A stretch of 52,045 nt of DNA, taken from assembly GCA_017457005.1 (NCBI GenBank), contig JAFTII010000004.1, forward strand, positions 1 through 52,045, given 5' to 3'. A model generated the notes under the pieces. The model was not told where the DNA came from and did no database searches. It saw nothing but the letters and a program-made list of their open reading frames with translations. Position 1 is the first letter of the stretch, and each line of letters starts with the position of its first letter. Shown piece after piece: positions 42,332 to 52,045 of this stretch. Made by a program: the position numbers and the translations under genes. Origin of the DNA: Alphaproteobacteria bacterium (GTDB lineage Bacteria; Pseudomonadota; Alphaproteobacteria; RF32; CAG-239).

Positions 42332-42513
42332 CGTTCCTCCTCATCTTATATTTTGAATTGATTCTTTTCTAACCTACAATCCTAATTTTTGCAAGAGTTA
42401 ACATTTATTAAGCTAATCAGTTTAAACTGGTGGTCTGAAAAAGTCATAAATAATTAATGACAAATGGATTAAAGTTGTTAATATTGAAAAAAACAAACAG
42501 CAAAGGGTAAAGT

Positions 42514-43224
42514 ATGAAACCTGCATATAAACGTATTTTGCTAAAACTTTCCGGAGAAGGACTTATGGGCAACAAAAGTTTTGGTATGTCCGGCGAAGTT
42601 ATTAAAGACTTAGCTATGCAAATCCGAAAAGTTCATCAAAGCGGGGTTGAAGTATGTATCGTAGTTGGCGGCGGTAATATTTTTAGAGGAGCAAAAGAAG
42701 CCTCCAAAGGAATGAACCGAACCGTTGCGGATCAGGTGGGAATGCTTGCAACGGTAATGAATGCGCTTTATATTCAAAATGCGCTGGAAGACATTGGAAC
42801 ACCGGCAAGAGTCCTTTCCGGCTTAAGTATTCCTCAAGTTTGTGAGACATACATGTATCGTCGTGCATTGCGCCATCTTGAAAAAGGTCGGGTGATAATT
42901 TTTGCCGGAGGTACCGGAAACCCTTATTTTACAACTGATACCGGAGCAGCTTTGCGTGCATCTGAAATGCAGTGTGATGCTCTGCTTAAGGCTACACAGG
43001 TAGATGGTGTATATGATGCGGATCCCAAAAAGAACAGTAATGCCGTTCGTTATGATAAAATCTCTTATGAAGAGGTTATTCAAAAAGAACTGGCAGTTAT
43101 GGATATTTCTGCCGTGGCATTAGCAAAAGAAAATCATATTCCCATAATTGTGTTCTCGCAGCATAATGCCGATGCTTTAGAGCAAGCTGTTTGCGGAAAA
43201 GGAAAATTTACGATTATTAAATAG
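42514..43224 (+). CDS. pyrH: UMP kinase
   Basis: LLKLSGE, GGGNIFRG, GNPYFTTD. Confidence 0.98.
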   Translation: MKPAYKRILLKLSGEGLMGNKSFGMSGEVIKDLAMQIRKVHQSGVEVCIVVGGGNIFRGAKEASKGMNRTVADQVGMLATVMNALYIQNALEDIGTPARVLSGLSIPQVCETYMYRRALRHLEKGRVIIFAGGTGNPYFTTDTGAALRASEMQCDALLKATQVDGVYDADPKKNSNAVRYDKISYEEVIQKELAVMDISAVALAKENHIPIIVFSQHNADALEQAVCGKGKFTIIK

Positions 43225-43240
43225 ACAACAAGAGGTAAAC

Positions 43241-43804
43241 ATGTCTGATTTTATTGCAATAAAAAATGATAGCCAAACCAGAATGGATAAAACAATCGAT
43301 TCGTTTAAGTCTGACTTAGGAAGTTTGCGTGCCGGTCGTGCGCATATAAGCTTGCTTGACGGTATAATGGTTGAGGCTTATGGCTCTATGACACCTTTAG
43401 CACAAGTAGGTACAATTTCTGTTCCTGATGCTCGCACCTTATCGGTTAGTGTTTGGGATAGAGGGTTGGCTAAAGCTGTAGAAAAAGCTATTATGGAATC
43501 TGATCTCGGCTTAAACCCTGCCTCAGACGGACAATTAATACGTATCCCGATTCCTCCGTTGTCGGAAGAACGTCGTAAAGAACTTTTGAAGGTGGCCGGT
43601 AAATATGCGGAGAGCAATAAAGTTGCGATTCGTAATATCAGAAGAGACGCTTTAGACGGTATCAAAAAACTTAAAAAAGATAATCTTATCTCTGAAGATG
43701 AAGAAAAACGTTATGAAAATGAGATTCAAAAATTAACCGATGAAGCTATCAAAAAAATAGATGAAATGATGGTTCAAAAAGAAAAAGATATTATGCAAGT
43801 GTAA
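43241..43804 (+). CDS. frr: Ribosome recycling factor
   Basis: LRAGRA, LGLNP, PPLSEERR, IRNIRRD. Confidence 0.98.
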   Translation: MSDFIAIKNDSQTRMDKTIDSFKSDLGSLRAGRAHISLLDGIMVEAYGSMTPLAQVGTISVPDARTLSVSVWDRGLAKAVEKAIMESDLGLNPASDGQLIRIPIPPLSEERRKELLKVAGKYAESNKVAIRNIRRDALDGIKKLKKDNLISEDEEKRYENEIQKLTDEAIKKIDEMMVQKEKDIMQV

Positions 43805-43818
43805 TAGAGGCTAAGAAG

Positions 43819-44523
43819 TTGAGTTCGGAACTATTACAACATATAGCCGTTATTATGGATGGAAACCGTCGTTGGGCAAAAAAACACGGATTGCCTGGCA
43901 CAGCCGGACATAAAAAAGGAGCGGAGACCCTTCAGGAAATTGTGAAATTCGCAAACGAGCAAGGAATTAAATATCTGACTTTATATGCTTTTTCTACAGA
44001 AAATTGGCAAAGAGATGCTGATGAAGTTTCTGCACTTATGGATCTGTTGCGCCAATATTTGAGTAAAGAGCTTAAAGACTTGCAAGAAAACGATGTAAAG
44101 ATAGTGTTTATCGGCGAGCGTCAAATGCTTGATAGTGATATTACTGATAAAATGTCAAAAATTGAGCAAGATACAGCTCATAACGATGGCTTAGTTTTAT
44201 GTATTGCATTGAGTTATGGCTCCAGACAAGAAATTGTTGCGACTGCAAAAAAGATAGCATCTATGGTCAAACGTGGAGACATTAAAGTTAACGATATAGA
44301 TACAAAAATGTTTTCTGATATGCTTTATACCAAATCTATTCCCAATCCGGATATTGTAATTCGCACCGGAGGAGAAATGAGAGTAAGCAATTATCTTTTA
44401 TGGCAAATAGCATATTCTGAGTTATTTTTTTCTCCTACTTTATGGCCTGATTTTAATGCCAAAGAGTTAGAGCAAATAATCCAAAAATTCAATCAGCGGG
44501 AGAGGCGATATGGAAAAGGCTAA
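43819..44523 (+). CDS. uppS: Undecaprenyl diphosphate synthase
   Basis: HIAVIMDGNRRWA, AFSTENW, RTGGEMRVSNYLLWQ. Confidence 0.97.
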   Translation: MSSELLQHIAVIMDGNRRWAKKHGLPGTAGHKKGAETLQEIVKFANEQGIKYLTLYAFSTENWQRDADEVSALMDLLRQYLSKELKDLQENDVKIVFIGERQMLDSDITDKMSKIEQDTAHNDGLVLCIALSYGSRQEIVATAKKIASMVKRGDIKVNDIDTKMFSDMLYTKSIPNPDIVIRTGGEMRVSNYLLWQIAYSELFFSPTLWPDFNAKELEQIIQKFNQRERRYGKG

Positions 44524-45298
44524 GATTAATTCTCTGATTAAACGAATTGTGACATCATTAATTTTAATACCTATTGTTATAGGTAGTTTGTTTGCCGGTT
44601 ACCCTTATGTGCAGATTTTGGCATTTTTGGTTGGTTCTTTGCTTTCTTGGGAATGGGCGCAAATGGTTCCTTCGGTAAGAGGAGCTTTTTATGCGGTTTT
44701 ATATAGCTTTGTAGTTGCAGTCTCAATTTTCATGGGACCATCTTGTCCGTATTGGATTGTCTTATTCGGAGCAACCGCATTGGCATACTATAAATCTAAA
44801 GACGAAAGTCGCAGAAACCTTCTTATTATGGGTGTACCATATATTTCCATCGGTATCGGTTCAATAATGTGGCTATACGAATTACTTGGTTTTGGTGTTG
44901 TTTTTTGGTTTATGCTTGTGGTTTGGTTTATGGATATCGGAGGTTTCGTTGTCGGTTGTAGCCTCAAAGGTCCTAAACTTGCTCCTCAAATCAGCCCGAA
45001 CAAAACATGGTCCGGTTTAATTGGCGGAATTTTATTTTCAGTTTGTATCGGTAATTTATATTGTTGGTATATGGGAGCCGGAGCTCATCTGTTATACTAT
45101 GGAGTTTTGGCAGGAGTTATAGCATTTGTTTCACAAATCGGTGATTTAGTTGAATCTCGTATTAAACGCAGTCTGAATTTGAAGGATTCCAGCAATTTGA
45201 TTCCCGGACACGGTGGTATTTTTGATCGTATAGACGGTTTGATTTTTGCAGCTCCGTTTGTTTATGTTCTATTTCGTTATGTTTTAATTGTTTTATAA
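44510..45298 (+). CDS. cdsA: Phosphatidate cytidylyltransferase
   Basis: ISPNKTWSG, GDLVESRIKR, KDSSNLIPGHGGIFDRID. Confidence 0.96.
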   Translation: MEKAKINSLIKRIVTSLILIPIVIGSLFAGYPYVQILAFLVGSLLSWEWAQMVPSVRGAFYAVLYSFVVAVSIFMGPSCPYWIVLFGATALAYYKSKDESRRNLLIMGVPYISIGIGSIMWLYELLGFGVVFWFMLVVWFMDIGGFVVGCSLKGPKLAPQISPNKTWSGLIGGILFSVCIGNLYCWYMGAGAHLLYYGVLAGVIAFVSQIGDLVESRIKRSLNLKDSSNLIPGHGGIFDRIDGLIFAAPFVYVLFRYVLIVL

Positions 45299-45311
45299 GG
45301 TATGTTTAATT

Positions 45312-46442
45312 ATGAGTTGGCTTATTGATAGTGCTTATTACATTGTTCCGTTTATTATTCTTTTAGGAATATTGGTATTTGTTCATGAGTTTGGGCATTT
45401 TCTTGTTGCAAGAATGTGTGGAGTTGCCGTTTCAGAGTTTTCCATCGGTTTTGGCAAAAAACTATGGGGGCGTAAAGATAAATCAGGCACGGAATGGCGT
45501 ATCGGAGCAATTCCTTTAGGCGGCTATTGTAAGTTTCTGGGGGATGATGATGCCGCCAGTGGAACAGGAGACGTATCTTCGTTAAGTGAAGAGGATAAAA
45601 AGCGCGCTTTTAGTACCCAAAATCCATTTAAAAAACTTGCCATTGTAGTTGCCGGACCTGCAGCAAATTATGTTTTTGCAATTTTGATATTTGCTTCCAT
45701 ATTTTTCTTTTTAGGCAAAATAGATTTTCCTCCGGTTGTCGGCGATATCATCAAAGGGGGAGCAGCCGAAGCAGGAGGAGTATTAAAAGGCGATAGAATT
45801 ATCTCCATTAACGGCAAACAAATCAAAAGCTTTAGTCAAATAGCTCAAGAAGTTGCGATGCACACCGGCGGGGATATCAAATTAGAAATCAAACGTCATG
45901 GTGAAATCATCAAAAAATCTTTTCCGCTTAAAACTGTTCCTTTGACGGTTGAACCCAAACAAACCAATCCTAATCGTCCTCTTTTGGGGATTCGTTCAAT
46001 AAATGTTGTTGAAGTAGAAGATGTGGATTTATCTTTATGGCAATCTTTTTCAGATGCGACTTATGAGGCATGGAGAATTACTGTTGTAACATTACGCGGT
46101 ATCTCACAAATGATAACCGGACAGCGTTCTGCTGACGAAGTAGGTGGTATCATCCGTATTGCTGAAATGTCCGGAGATATTACCAAAACCAGTGGCTTTA
46201 TAGATTTTGTTGCTTTTATGGCTTTATTATCAATTAATTTAGGGCTGATTAACTTATTCCCGATACCGTTACTTGACGGCGGACATGTTGTTATCTATAC
46301 CCTAGAGATAGTTACTCGCAGAGAGCTTAGTGATAAAATCAAAGAATATATATTCAAATTCGGATTTTTGATTTTGATAGCTTTAATGTTATTTGCCACA
46401 TATAATGATATCGTTCACATATTTAATCGTTGGTTTTCTTAA
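45312..46442 (+). CDS. rseP: Intramembrane metalloprotease RseP
   Basis: HEFGH, single PDZ domain, NLFPIPLLDGGH. Confidence 0.96.
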   Translation: MSWLIDSAYYIVPFIILLGILVFVHEFGHFLVARMCGVAVSEFSIGFGKKLWGRKDKSGTEWRIGAIPLGGYCKFLGDDDAASGTGDVSSLSEEDKKRAFSTQNPFKKLAIVVAGPAANYVFAILIFASIFFFLGKIDFPPVVGDIIKGGAAEAGGVLKGDRIISINGKQIKSFSQIAQEVAMHTGGDIKLEIKRHGEIIKKSFPLKTVPLTVEPKQTNPNRPLLGIRSINVVEVEDVDLSLWQSFSDATYEAWRITVVTLRGISQMITGQRSADEVGGIIRIAEMSGDITKTSGFIDFVAFMALLSINLGLINLFPIPLLDGGHVVIYTLEIVTRRELSDKIKEYIFKFGFLILIALMLFATYNDIVHIFNRWFS

Positions 46443-46454
46443 AGGAATATAAAA

Positions 46455-48716
46455 ATGAAAATTCTGCAAACAGGGACTATCGCAGTAGCTTTATTGAGTA
46501 GTGTTTCCGCACATGCGGCATCTGTTTATGTTCGGGATATTAACATAGACGGATTGCAGCGGGTTGAACGTGAAACCGTGTTGTCTTACGTTGATATAAA
46601 AAAGAATACCTCATCTTCAGATAAAAAATTAGATGAAGCACTTAAGCAATTATATTCAACCGGATTGTTTAATGATGTATCTTTAAATGTTACTCCTGAC
46701 GGAATTTTGAATATTAAAGTTGAAGAAAACCCCATCATTAATCAAGTTTTATTTGATGGAAATGATAAAGTTGATGATGAAATGCTGACATCAGAAATCA
46801 GATTATCGCCTCGTTCCACTTATTCTCGTTCCAAAGTTCAAGAGGACATTCAGCGTATCTTAGAGGTTTACAAACGCTCAGGGCGATATGCGGCAGTTGT
46901 GGAACCTCAAATAATCAAGCGTGATCAAAACAGAGTAGATTTGATATTCAAAATAGATGAAGGTCCATTGGCGGTTATTGATAAAGTTAATTTTATCGGC
47001 AATAAACATTATGATTTTGATGACTTACAAGAAGTCATTATGAGTAAAGAAAGTCGCTGGTACCGTATATTCTCATCTTCAGAAAACTACGATGCCGAAA
47101 AAACAAATTATGATAAAGAATTATTACGCCGTTTTTATTATAAACGTGGTTACGCAGATTTCAGAGTTGTCTCTGCGGTTGCGGAGTTAAGTCCGGATAG
47201 CAAATCATTTGTTGTTACTTATGTTTTGGATGAAGGAAAACGCTATAAAGTAAACAAAATAGAAGCCGTATCAGATATTACCGATATCAGACCTGAAGCT
47301 TTGAATGAATATATGGAATTGGAAGTTGGTGATTGGTACAATAATGATAAAGTAGAAAAAACAATCACGGTACTTACCGATGAATTAGGGAAAAAGGGTT
47401 TTGCATTTGTAGATATCACACCGGAATTAGTCAAAGACACCGAAAACGGCAAAGTTGATATTTTATTCCATATTAATGAAGGACAACGAATTTTTGTAGA
47501 TAGAATTAATATTAAAGGTAATACCCGTACTCATGATGAGGTTATTCGTAGAGAGTTCCGTTTAGAAGAGGGCGATGCCTTTAATGTATCCAAGATTAAA
47601 GATTCTCGGCGCAATGTGGAGAATTTGGACTATTTTAGCAAGGTTGATATTTCCACCACTCCCAAAGATGCCAACAAAGCTGATTTAGATGTAACCGTAG
47701 AAGAAAAATCTACCGGATATTTCAATGTTGGGGTTGGATATTCTACTGTTAACGGAGCATTGGTAAGAGCCGGAGTAACTGAAAATAATTTCCGCGGATT
47801 AGGGCAACACTTGAGTTTAGATGCCGGTGTTTCTCAACGTCCACAAGATTACAACTTAAGTTTTACCGAACCATACTTCTTAAATCGTCGTTTGCGTGCC
47901 GGTTTTGATATTTTCCGCACGGAAGAAGATTACCAAGATGAAAGTTCTTATGACAGTTCTTATACCGGCGGACGTTTACGCACCGGTTGGAACTATACAG
48001 ATGACTTATCTCAACAAGTTCGTTATACCCTAAGAGAAGACGAAATTACCAATGTCGGAAGCGAAGCCTCTAAGTATATTAAGGAAGAAGAGGGAAGTTA
48101 TGTTGATTCTTCTATCGGTCAAACAATAGTATATGATAAAAGAGACAGTGCTATGTTCCCCAAAGAAGGATACTTTTTATCTTTCAGTAATGATGTTGCT
48201 GGTCTTGGTGGAGATGAAAAATACCTCAAATTTGATGCTAAGGCATATACTTATTATACTTTAGCAGATTACTATACCTTTAAGTTATTTGCCAATGCAG
48301 GCTATATTACCGGCTACGGTGGTAAAGATGTTCGCTTACCTAACCGCTATAACCTTGGTGGTAATACACTGCGCGGTTTTGATGTTGCCGGTATCGGAGC
48401 CAGAGATAAATATACTAAAGACGCTTTAGGCGGTAACTGGATGGTTTACACCGGAGGAGAGGTTAACTTCCCGATAGGTTTGGATGAAGTTGGCATTAAA
48501 GGAAGAACCTTTGTTGATATGGGTATGCTCGGAAAGCCGGATAATTTAAATACGGCTGATGTGGAATATTCTTCTTCTCCGAGAGTATCTGCCGGTTTTG
48601 GTTTCCAATGGCTTTCGCCGATGGGGCAGATAGATATTGACTTCGGTTTCCCGATAGTCAAAGAAGATTATGATGAAACTCAAGTATTCCGTTTGAATTT
48701 TGGAACACGTTTATAA
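46455..48716 (+). CDS. bamA: Outer membrane protein assembly factor BamA
   Basis: POTRA repeats, LRGF motif, C-terminal FRLNFGTRL. Confidence 0.96.
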   Translation: MKILQTGTIAVALLSSVSAHAASVYVRDINIDGLQRVERETVLSYVDIKKNTSSSDKKLDEALKQLYSTGLFNDVSLNVTPDGILNIKVEENPIINQVLFDGNDKVDDEMLTSEIRLSPRSTYSRSKVQEDIQRILEVYKRSGRYAAVVEPQIIKRDQNRVDLIFKIDEGPLAVIDKVNFIGNKHYDFDDLQEVIMSKESRWYRIFSSSENYDAEKTNYDKELLRRFYYKRGYADFRVVSAVAELSPDSKSFVVTYVLDEGKRYKVNKIEAVSDITDIRPEALNEYMELEVGDWYNNDKVEKTITVLTDELGKKGFAFVDITPELVKDTENGKVDILFHINEGQRIFVDRINIKGNTRTHDEVIRREFRLEEGDAFNVSKIKDSRRNVENLDYFSKVDISTTPKDANKADLDVTVEEKSTGYFNVGVGYSTVNGALVRAGVTENNFRGLGQHLSLDAGVSQRPQDYNLSFTEPYFLNRRLRAGFDIFRTEEDYQDESSYDSSYTGGRLRTGWNYTDDLSQQVRYTLREDEITNVGSEASKYIKEEEGSYVDSSIGQTIVYDKRDSAMFPKEGYFLSFSNDVAGLGGDEKYLKFDAKAYTYYTLADYYTFKLFANAGYITGYGGKDVRLPNRYNLGGNTLRGFDVAGIGARDKYTKDALGGNWMVYTGGEVNFPIGLDEVGIKGRTFVDMGMLGKPDNLNTADVEYSSSPRVSAGFGFQWLSPMGQIDIDFGFPIVKEDYDETQVFRLNFGTRL

Positions 48717-48736
48717 AAATTAAAGGAGCATAAAAG

Positions 48737-49750
48737 ATGGTAGATTCACGTTTTTACAAAAATAATGGCCCCTTAACATTAGCAGAAGTTGCTAAAATTT
48801 GTGAAGCCGAATTGACAGATATATCTAAATCTGATGTAAAAATAAGTAATTTATCAACCTTAGAAAAAGGCAAAGAAGGAGATATCTGTTTTTTCTTTGA
48901 TAAAAAGAAGAAGTCTCAAGGAGCAGATATAAAGGCAACCGCATGTGTTACTACAGCAGAGTTGTCCGAATATGTTAATCCTAATGTTATTAAATTGATA
49001 TCGGCAGATCCACATAAAGGGTTTGTTAATCTGAATTATGCTCTTTATACTGAAGTTTTGCCCCAAGCAGAAATAAAATCAACTGCAATTGTTCCCAATA
49101 GTGCAGAGATTGGCAAAAATTGTTTTATTGGAGACTACGCAGTAATTGGGGAAAATGTTAAAATAGGTGCCAATTGCATCATTGAGCCACATGTAGTTAT
49201 CGGCCACGATTGCATTATCGGAGATAACTGCCGTATCGGTTCCGGTGCCAACATCATGCATTGTCAAATGGGTAACAATTGTTACATTTATGGTGGCGCT
49301 CGTATCGGATGGGATGGATTTGGCTTTATGATGGTCAATGGTTCACACAAAAGGATTCCGCAGTTAGGACGAGTAATTATCGGCAACGATGTAGAAGTCG
49401 GCGCCAATAGTTGCATTGACCGTGGAGCCTTAGATGATACGGTAATAAGTGATGGTTGCCGTATAGATGACTTAGTGATGATAGCGCATAATAATCAACT
49501 TGGGCGCGGCTGTATTATGGTTTCTCAAACCGGTATCGCCGGAAGCTGTAAGTTTGGAGATTATGTTGTATGTGGTGGTCAAGTGGGGGTCGCTGATCAT
49601 TTGAATATCGGCAGTGGCGCTCAAATTGGAGCTCAATCAGGAATTATGCGCGATGTAGATGCCGGTGCAATTTTAATGGGTTATCCGGCCGTTCCCATTA
49701 AAGATTTTATGCGTCAGGTATCTTACATTCAAAAGGCCGTAAAGAAATAA
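48737..49750 (+). CDS. lpxD: UDP-3-O-acylglucosamine N-acyltransferase
   Basis: Hexapeptide repeats, [24 protein letters not shown]. Confidence 0.96.
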   Translation: MVDSRFYKNNGPLTLAEVAKICEAELTDISKSDVKISNLSTLEKGKEGDICFFFDKKKKSQGADIKATACVTTAELSEYVNPNVIKLISADPHKGFVNLNYALYTEVLPQAEIKSTAIVPNSAEIGKNCFIGDYAVIGENVKIGANCIIEPHVVIGHDCIIGDNCRIGSGANIMHCQMGNNCYIYGGARIGWDGFGFMMVNGSHKRIPQLGRVIIGNDVEVGANSCIDRGALDDTVISDGCRIDDLVMIAHNNQLGRGCIMVSQTGIAGSCKFGDYVVCGGQVGVADHLNIGSGAQIGAQSGIMRDVDAGAILMGYPAVPIKDFMRQVSYIQKAVKK

Positions 49751-49765
49751 AAGGATTGAAATAAA

Positions 49766-50215
49766 ATGTCAGAAATTAAAGTTTATCATATAGAAGATAT
49801 AATGGATATGTTGCCACACCGTTATCCGTTTTTGTTGCTTGATCGCCTTGAGGTTGAAGAGGTGGGAGCCAAAGGTGTTGGTACCAAGAATGTAACAATG
49901 AATGAAGAGTTCTTTCAAGGACACTTCCCCGGTAATCCTGTAATGCCGGGAGTATTGCAAGTAGAAGCAATGGCACAAACAGCCGGAGCAATTGTTGTAT
50001 CAGCAGATCCGGATTATAAAAACAGCAAGAAAAGTGTATTATTTATGTCTATTGACGGCGTTAAATTTCGCAAACCGGTAAAACCCGGCGACCAACTTAA
50101 AATGCACGTTGAAAAAATACGTGAACGCCGTAATGTATATGTCTTTAAGGGCCAAAGTATGGTTGACGGACAAATTGTTTCAGAAGCTGAATTTACCGCA
50201 ATGATAGTTGGCTAA
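49766..50215 (+). CDS. fabZ: 3-hydroxyacyl-ACP dehydratase
   Basis: LPHRYPFLLLD, FQGHFP, MPGVLQVEAMAQ. Confidence 0.98.
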   Translation: MSEIKVYHIEDIMDMLPHRYPFLLLDRLEVEEVGAKGVGTKNVTMNEEFFQGHFPGNPVMPGVLQVEAMAQTAGAIVVSADPDYKNSKKSVLFMSIDGVKFRKPVKPGDQLKMHVEKIRERRNVYVFKGQSMVDGQIVSEAEFTAMIVG

Positions 50216-50235
50216 AAGCATCATAAACTTTTTAC

Positions 50236-50263
50236 AAAAAAAGGCAGCTTAGCTGCCTTTTTT
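50236..50263. terminator. Bidirectional terminator
   Basis: AAAAAAAGGCAGC-TTA-GCTGCCTTTTTT. Confidence 0.8.
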
Positions 50264-50283
50264 CATTATTGTTATATTATCAT

Positions 50284-51642
50284 TTACCATGCACCATCCG
50301 GCCACGATCCGTCATTGGTAATTTGGGTGTGTCCAAAAGTAAGTTGACATTCTCCCAAAATATCTCCACAAGTAGTTGCGTCAAATAGATAAGGAATCGC
50401 CGGAGTTGTTCCGTTTAGTCCTGTGCAACCATAAAACATCCATTCAGCCTTTTTTAATTCTGATGGCAATTTAGGGATATTGCCGGTCAAGCTACTACAA
50501 CCGTAGAACATATAACCACCATCAGTTAGTCCTAGTGGCAATTTAGGGATATTGCCGGTCAAGCTACTACAACCGTAGAACATATAACCACCGTTGGTCA
50601 GTCTGGAAGGTAATTCAGGGATATTGCCGGTCAGGCTGCTACAACTACGGAACATAGAATAACCACTGGTTAACCCTGAAGGTAATTCAGGGATATTACC
50701 AGTCAAGCCACTACAGTTTAAGAACATATAACCCCCATCAGTTAGTCCTGGTGGTAATTCAGGGATATTGCCGGTCAGGCTGCTACAATCACGGAACATA
50801 CTGTTACTCCTCTCTAATCCTGATGGTAATTCTGGAATACTGCCGGTTAAACCACTGCAACCATTAAACATTGAGGTGCCATTCGTTAATGTTGGTGGTA
50901 ATACTGGGATATTTCCCGTTAAACCGCTACAATAGTAAAACATATTGCTAGCATATTGTAAATTTGTGGGCAATGCGGGAATAGTACTTATAATAGTGCT
51001 TTTGCTGGAAAATGCATCTGCATAGCTAGTAACACTCGGCAAGTTAAGGCTTAATAAATGAGTTATATTGGCGTAAGTTGATGTAGATGTTAAAAAATGC
51101 TTTATCGTTCCGCTTAAAATGATATCAAAATCTCCTGTTTCTGTATAAGTATGAGAAACTGAAGTTGCTCCATGATAACTTTCTACCGTTCCATCGCCCC
51201 AATCTACAGTAAATTTTCCGGAAGCATATCCTGGTTTTCCTGTAATTAGCTTTACAACTCCATTGACTGCGGTAACATTATAGCGCATTCCGATAACACC
51301 ATCTATCTTTGTACAAACTCCATTTTGCCAATAATAACCAAGTTGACATTTAGTGACTTTATATTTATTTCCTTGTTCACACCCGATATCACAACTTTCA
51401 CAAGTAGCATTATCCGGACAACTGTCTAATCCATAACCTGAACAATCTTTCGGCTCACAATCAAACGGACAATATACTTGGCTCTCATCAAACGGACAGG
51501 TCAAATATGCCTGTCCCTCACATAATTCTACCGTCTTGGTATAACCTAACTCCGCACAACTGGGGCGTATCTGACAATTCTGCGCTTGAACTGATGAGAT
51601 AAAAGGAAACATTGTTAACAATAAAACTATAAACTTCCTCAT
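50284..51642 (-). CDS. Secreted mosaic surface protein: Cys-rich N-domain, PKD-like domain, 24-aa LRR-like repeats
   Basis: Signal peptide; PSCAELGY...CPFD...C; VDWGDG...HTY PKD motif; about 8 MFxxCSxLTGNIPxLPxxL repeats (BspA/DUF285-like). Confidence 0.82.
   Translation of the reverse strand: MRKFIVLLLTMFPFISSVQAQNCQIRPSCAELGYTKTVELCEGQAYLTCPFDESQVYCPFDCEPKDCSGYGLDSCPDNATCESCDIGCEQGNKYKVTKCQLGYYWQNGVCTKIDGVIGMRYNVTAVNGVVKLITGKPGYASGKFTVDWGDGTVESYHGATSVSHTYTETGDFDIILSGTIKHFLTSTSTYANITHLLSLNLPSVTSYADAFSSKSTIISTIPALPTNLQYASNMFYYCSGLTGNIPVLPPTLTNGTSMFNGCSGLTGSIPELPSGLERSNSMFRDCSSLTGNIPELPPGLTDGGYMFLNCSGLTGNIPELPSGLTSGYSMFRSCSSLTGNIPELPSRLTNGGYMFYGCSSLTGNIPKLPLGLTDGGYMFYGCSSLTGNIPKLPSELKKAEWMFYGCTGLNGTTPAIPYLFDATTCGDILGECQLTFGHTQITNDGSWPDGAW
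50400..50975 (-). repeat. 72-bp coding tandem repeats
   Basis: 57 bp identical at 50464-50520 and 50536-50592; 36 bp identical at 50609-50644 and 50753-50788. Confidence 0.92.
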
Positions 51643-51830
51643 AATAAATCTCCTTTTATTTTCGCAATAAATGCCGATAAATCCGTATCACACCAATAAT
51701 CATCAAAATCCGTATAACCTAAAGCGCATCCTATCGGTTTGTAATAAACAGTAGTATTTCCACAACCTACACTACAACTCTCACAAGTAGCATTATCCGG
51801 ACAACTGTCTAATTCATAACCGGAACAATC
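51391..51830 (-). repeat. 57-bp module shared by two adjacent genes
   Basis: 51391-51447 vs 51774-51830, 54/57 identical, encoding DCSGYxLDSCPDNATCESC. Confidence 0.92.
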
Positions 51831-52045
51831 ATTAGGCACACAGGTTGCACATACCTTACATTTGGTATCACAACCCTCTACCGTACCGGTGGTATCACAA
51901 CCGTATTCACAATTCTCTTTTAAGGGATAATCCGCATTCTCTGGATAATCACACGCACTTTCATAACATACCTTACACTTAATATCGCACCCATCAGCTA
52001 TATACGTCTCTTTACATCTTAAACCATTACAATCTATATCTGTAA
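51639..52045 (-). CDS. Cys-rich repeat protein, C-terminal part (enters from right edge)
   Basis: Frame stays open upstream of the ORF-track start: TDIDCNGLRCKETYIADGCDIKCKVCYESAC...CEYGCDTTGTVEGCDTKCKVCATCVPNDCSGY...; ATGA overlap with next gene. Confidence 0.85.
   Translation of the reverse strand, partial: TDIDCNGLRCKETYIADGCDIKCKVCYESACDYPENADYPLKENCEYGCDTTGTVEGCDTKCKVCATCVPNDCSGYELDSCPDNATCESCSVGCGNTTVYYKPIGCALGYTDFDDYWCDTDLSAFIAKIKGDLL

Noticed and set aside
50400-50975. CRISPR array or DGR template/variable repeat
   Set aside because: Repeats are in-frame 24-codon units without spacers; no cas or reverse transcriptase gene; differences are not restricted to adenines
51639-51839. 66-aa ORF as a complete gene
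   Set aside because: The frame is open to the window edge; it is the tail of a longer Cys-rich protein

Overview
AT-rich bacterial chromosome segment. Gene order (plsY-dprA-topA; pyrH-frr-uppS-cdsA-rseP-bamA-lpxD-fabZ), PGK/GroEL sequence type and tRNA-Gly(GCC) point to an alphaproteobacterium, plausibly a host/gut-associated lineage (inference). Most genes are housekeeping or metabolic (membrane PPase, groES/EL, aas, serS, sdaA, gap, pgk, topA, envelope operon). Both ends break inside Cys-rich secreted repeat-protein genes of one family; at the right end two adjacent genes share a 57-bp module, and one is a Cys-rich/PKD/LRR-like mosaic. Main oddities: an unannotated ~230-bp structured locus after serS with two convergent promoters and two inverted homologous RNA modules; a 3-kb integrase-less islet at tRNA-Gly; strong CCGG enrichment that is absent from the islet; a voltage-gated channel with an ALDGW filter; an orphan VirB6-like gene; a GldF-GldG-DUF4340 triple fusion; a membrane-anchored MEMO-AMMECR1 fusion; and apparently xenologous SerRS and GAPDH. 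All calls come from motif recognition by eye; no searches were run.
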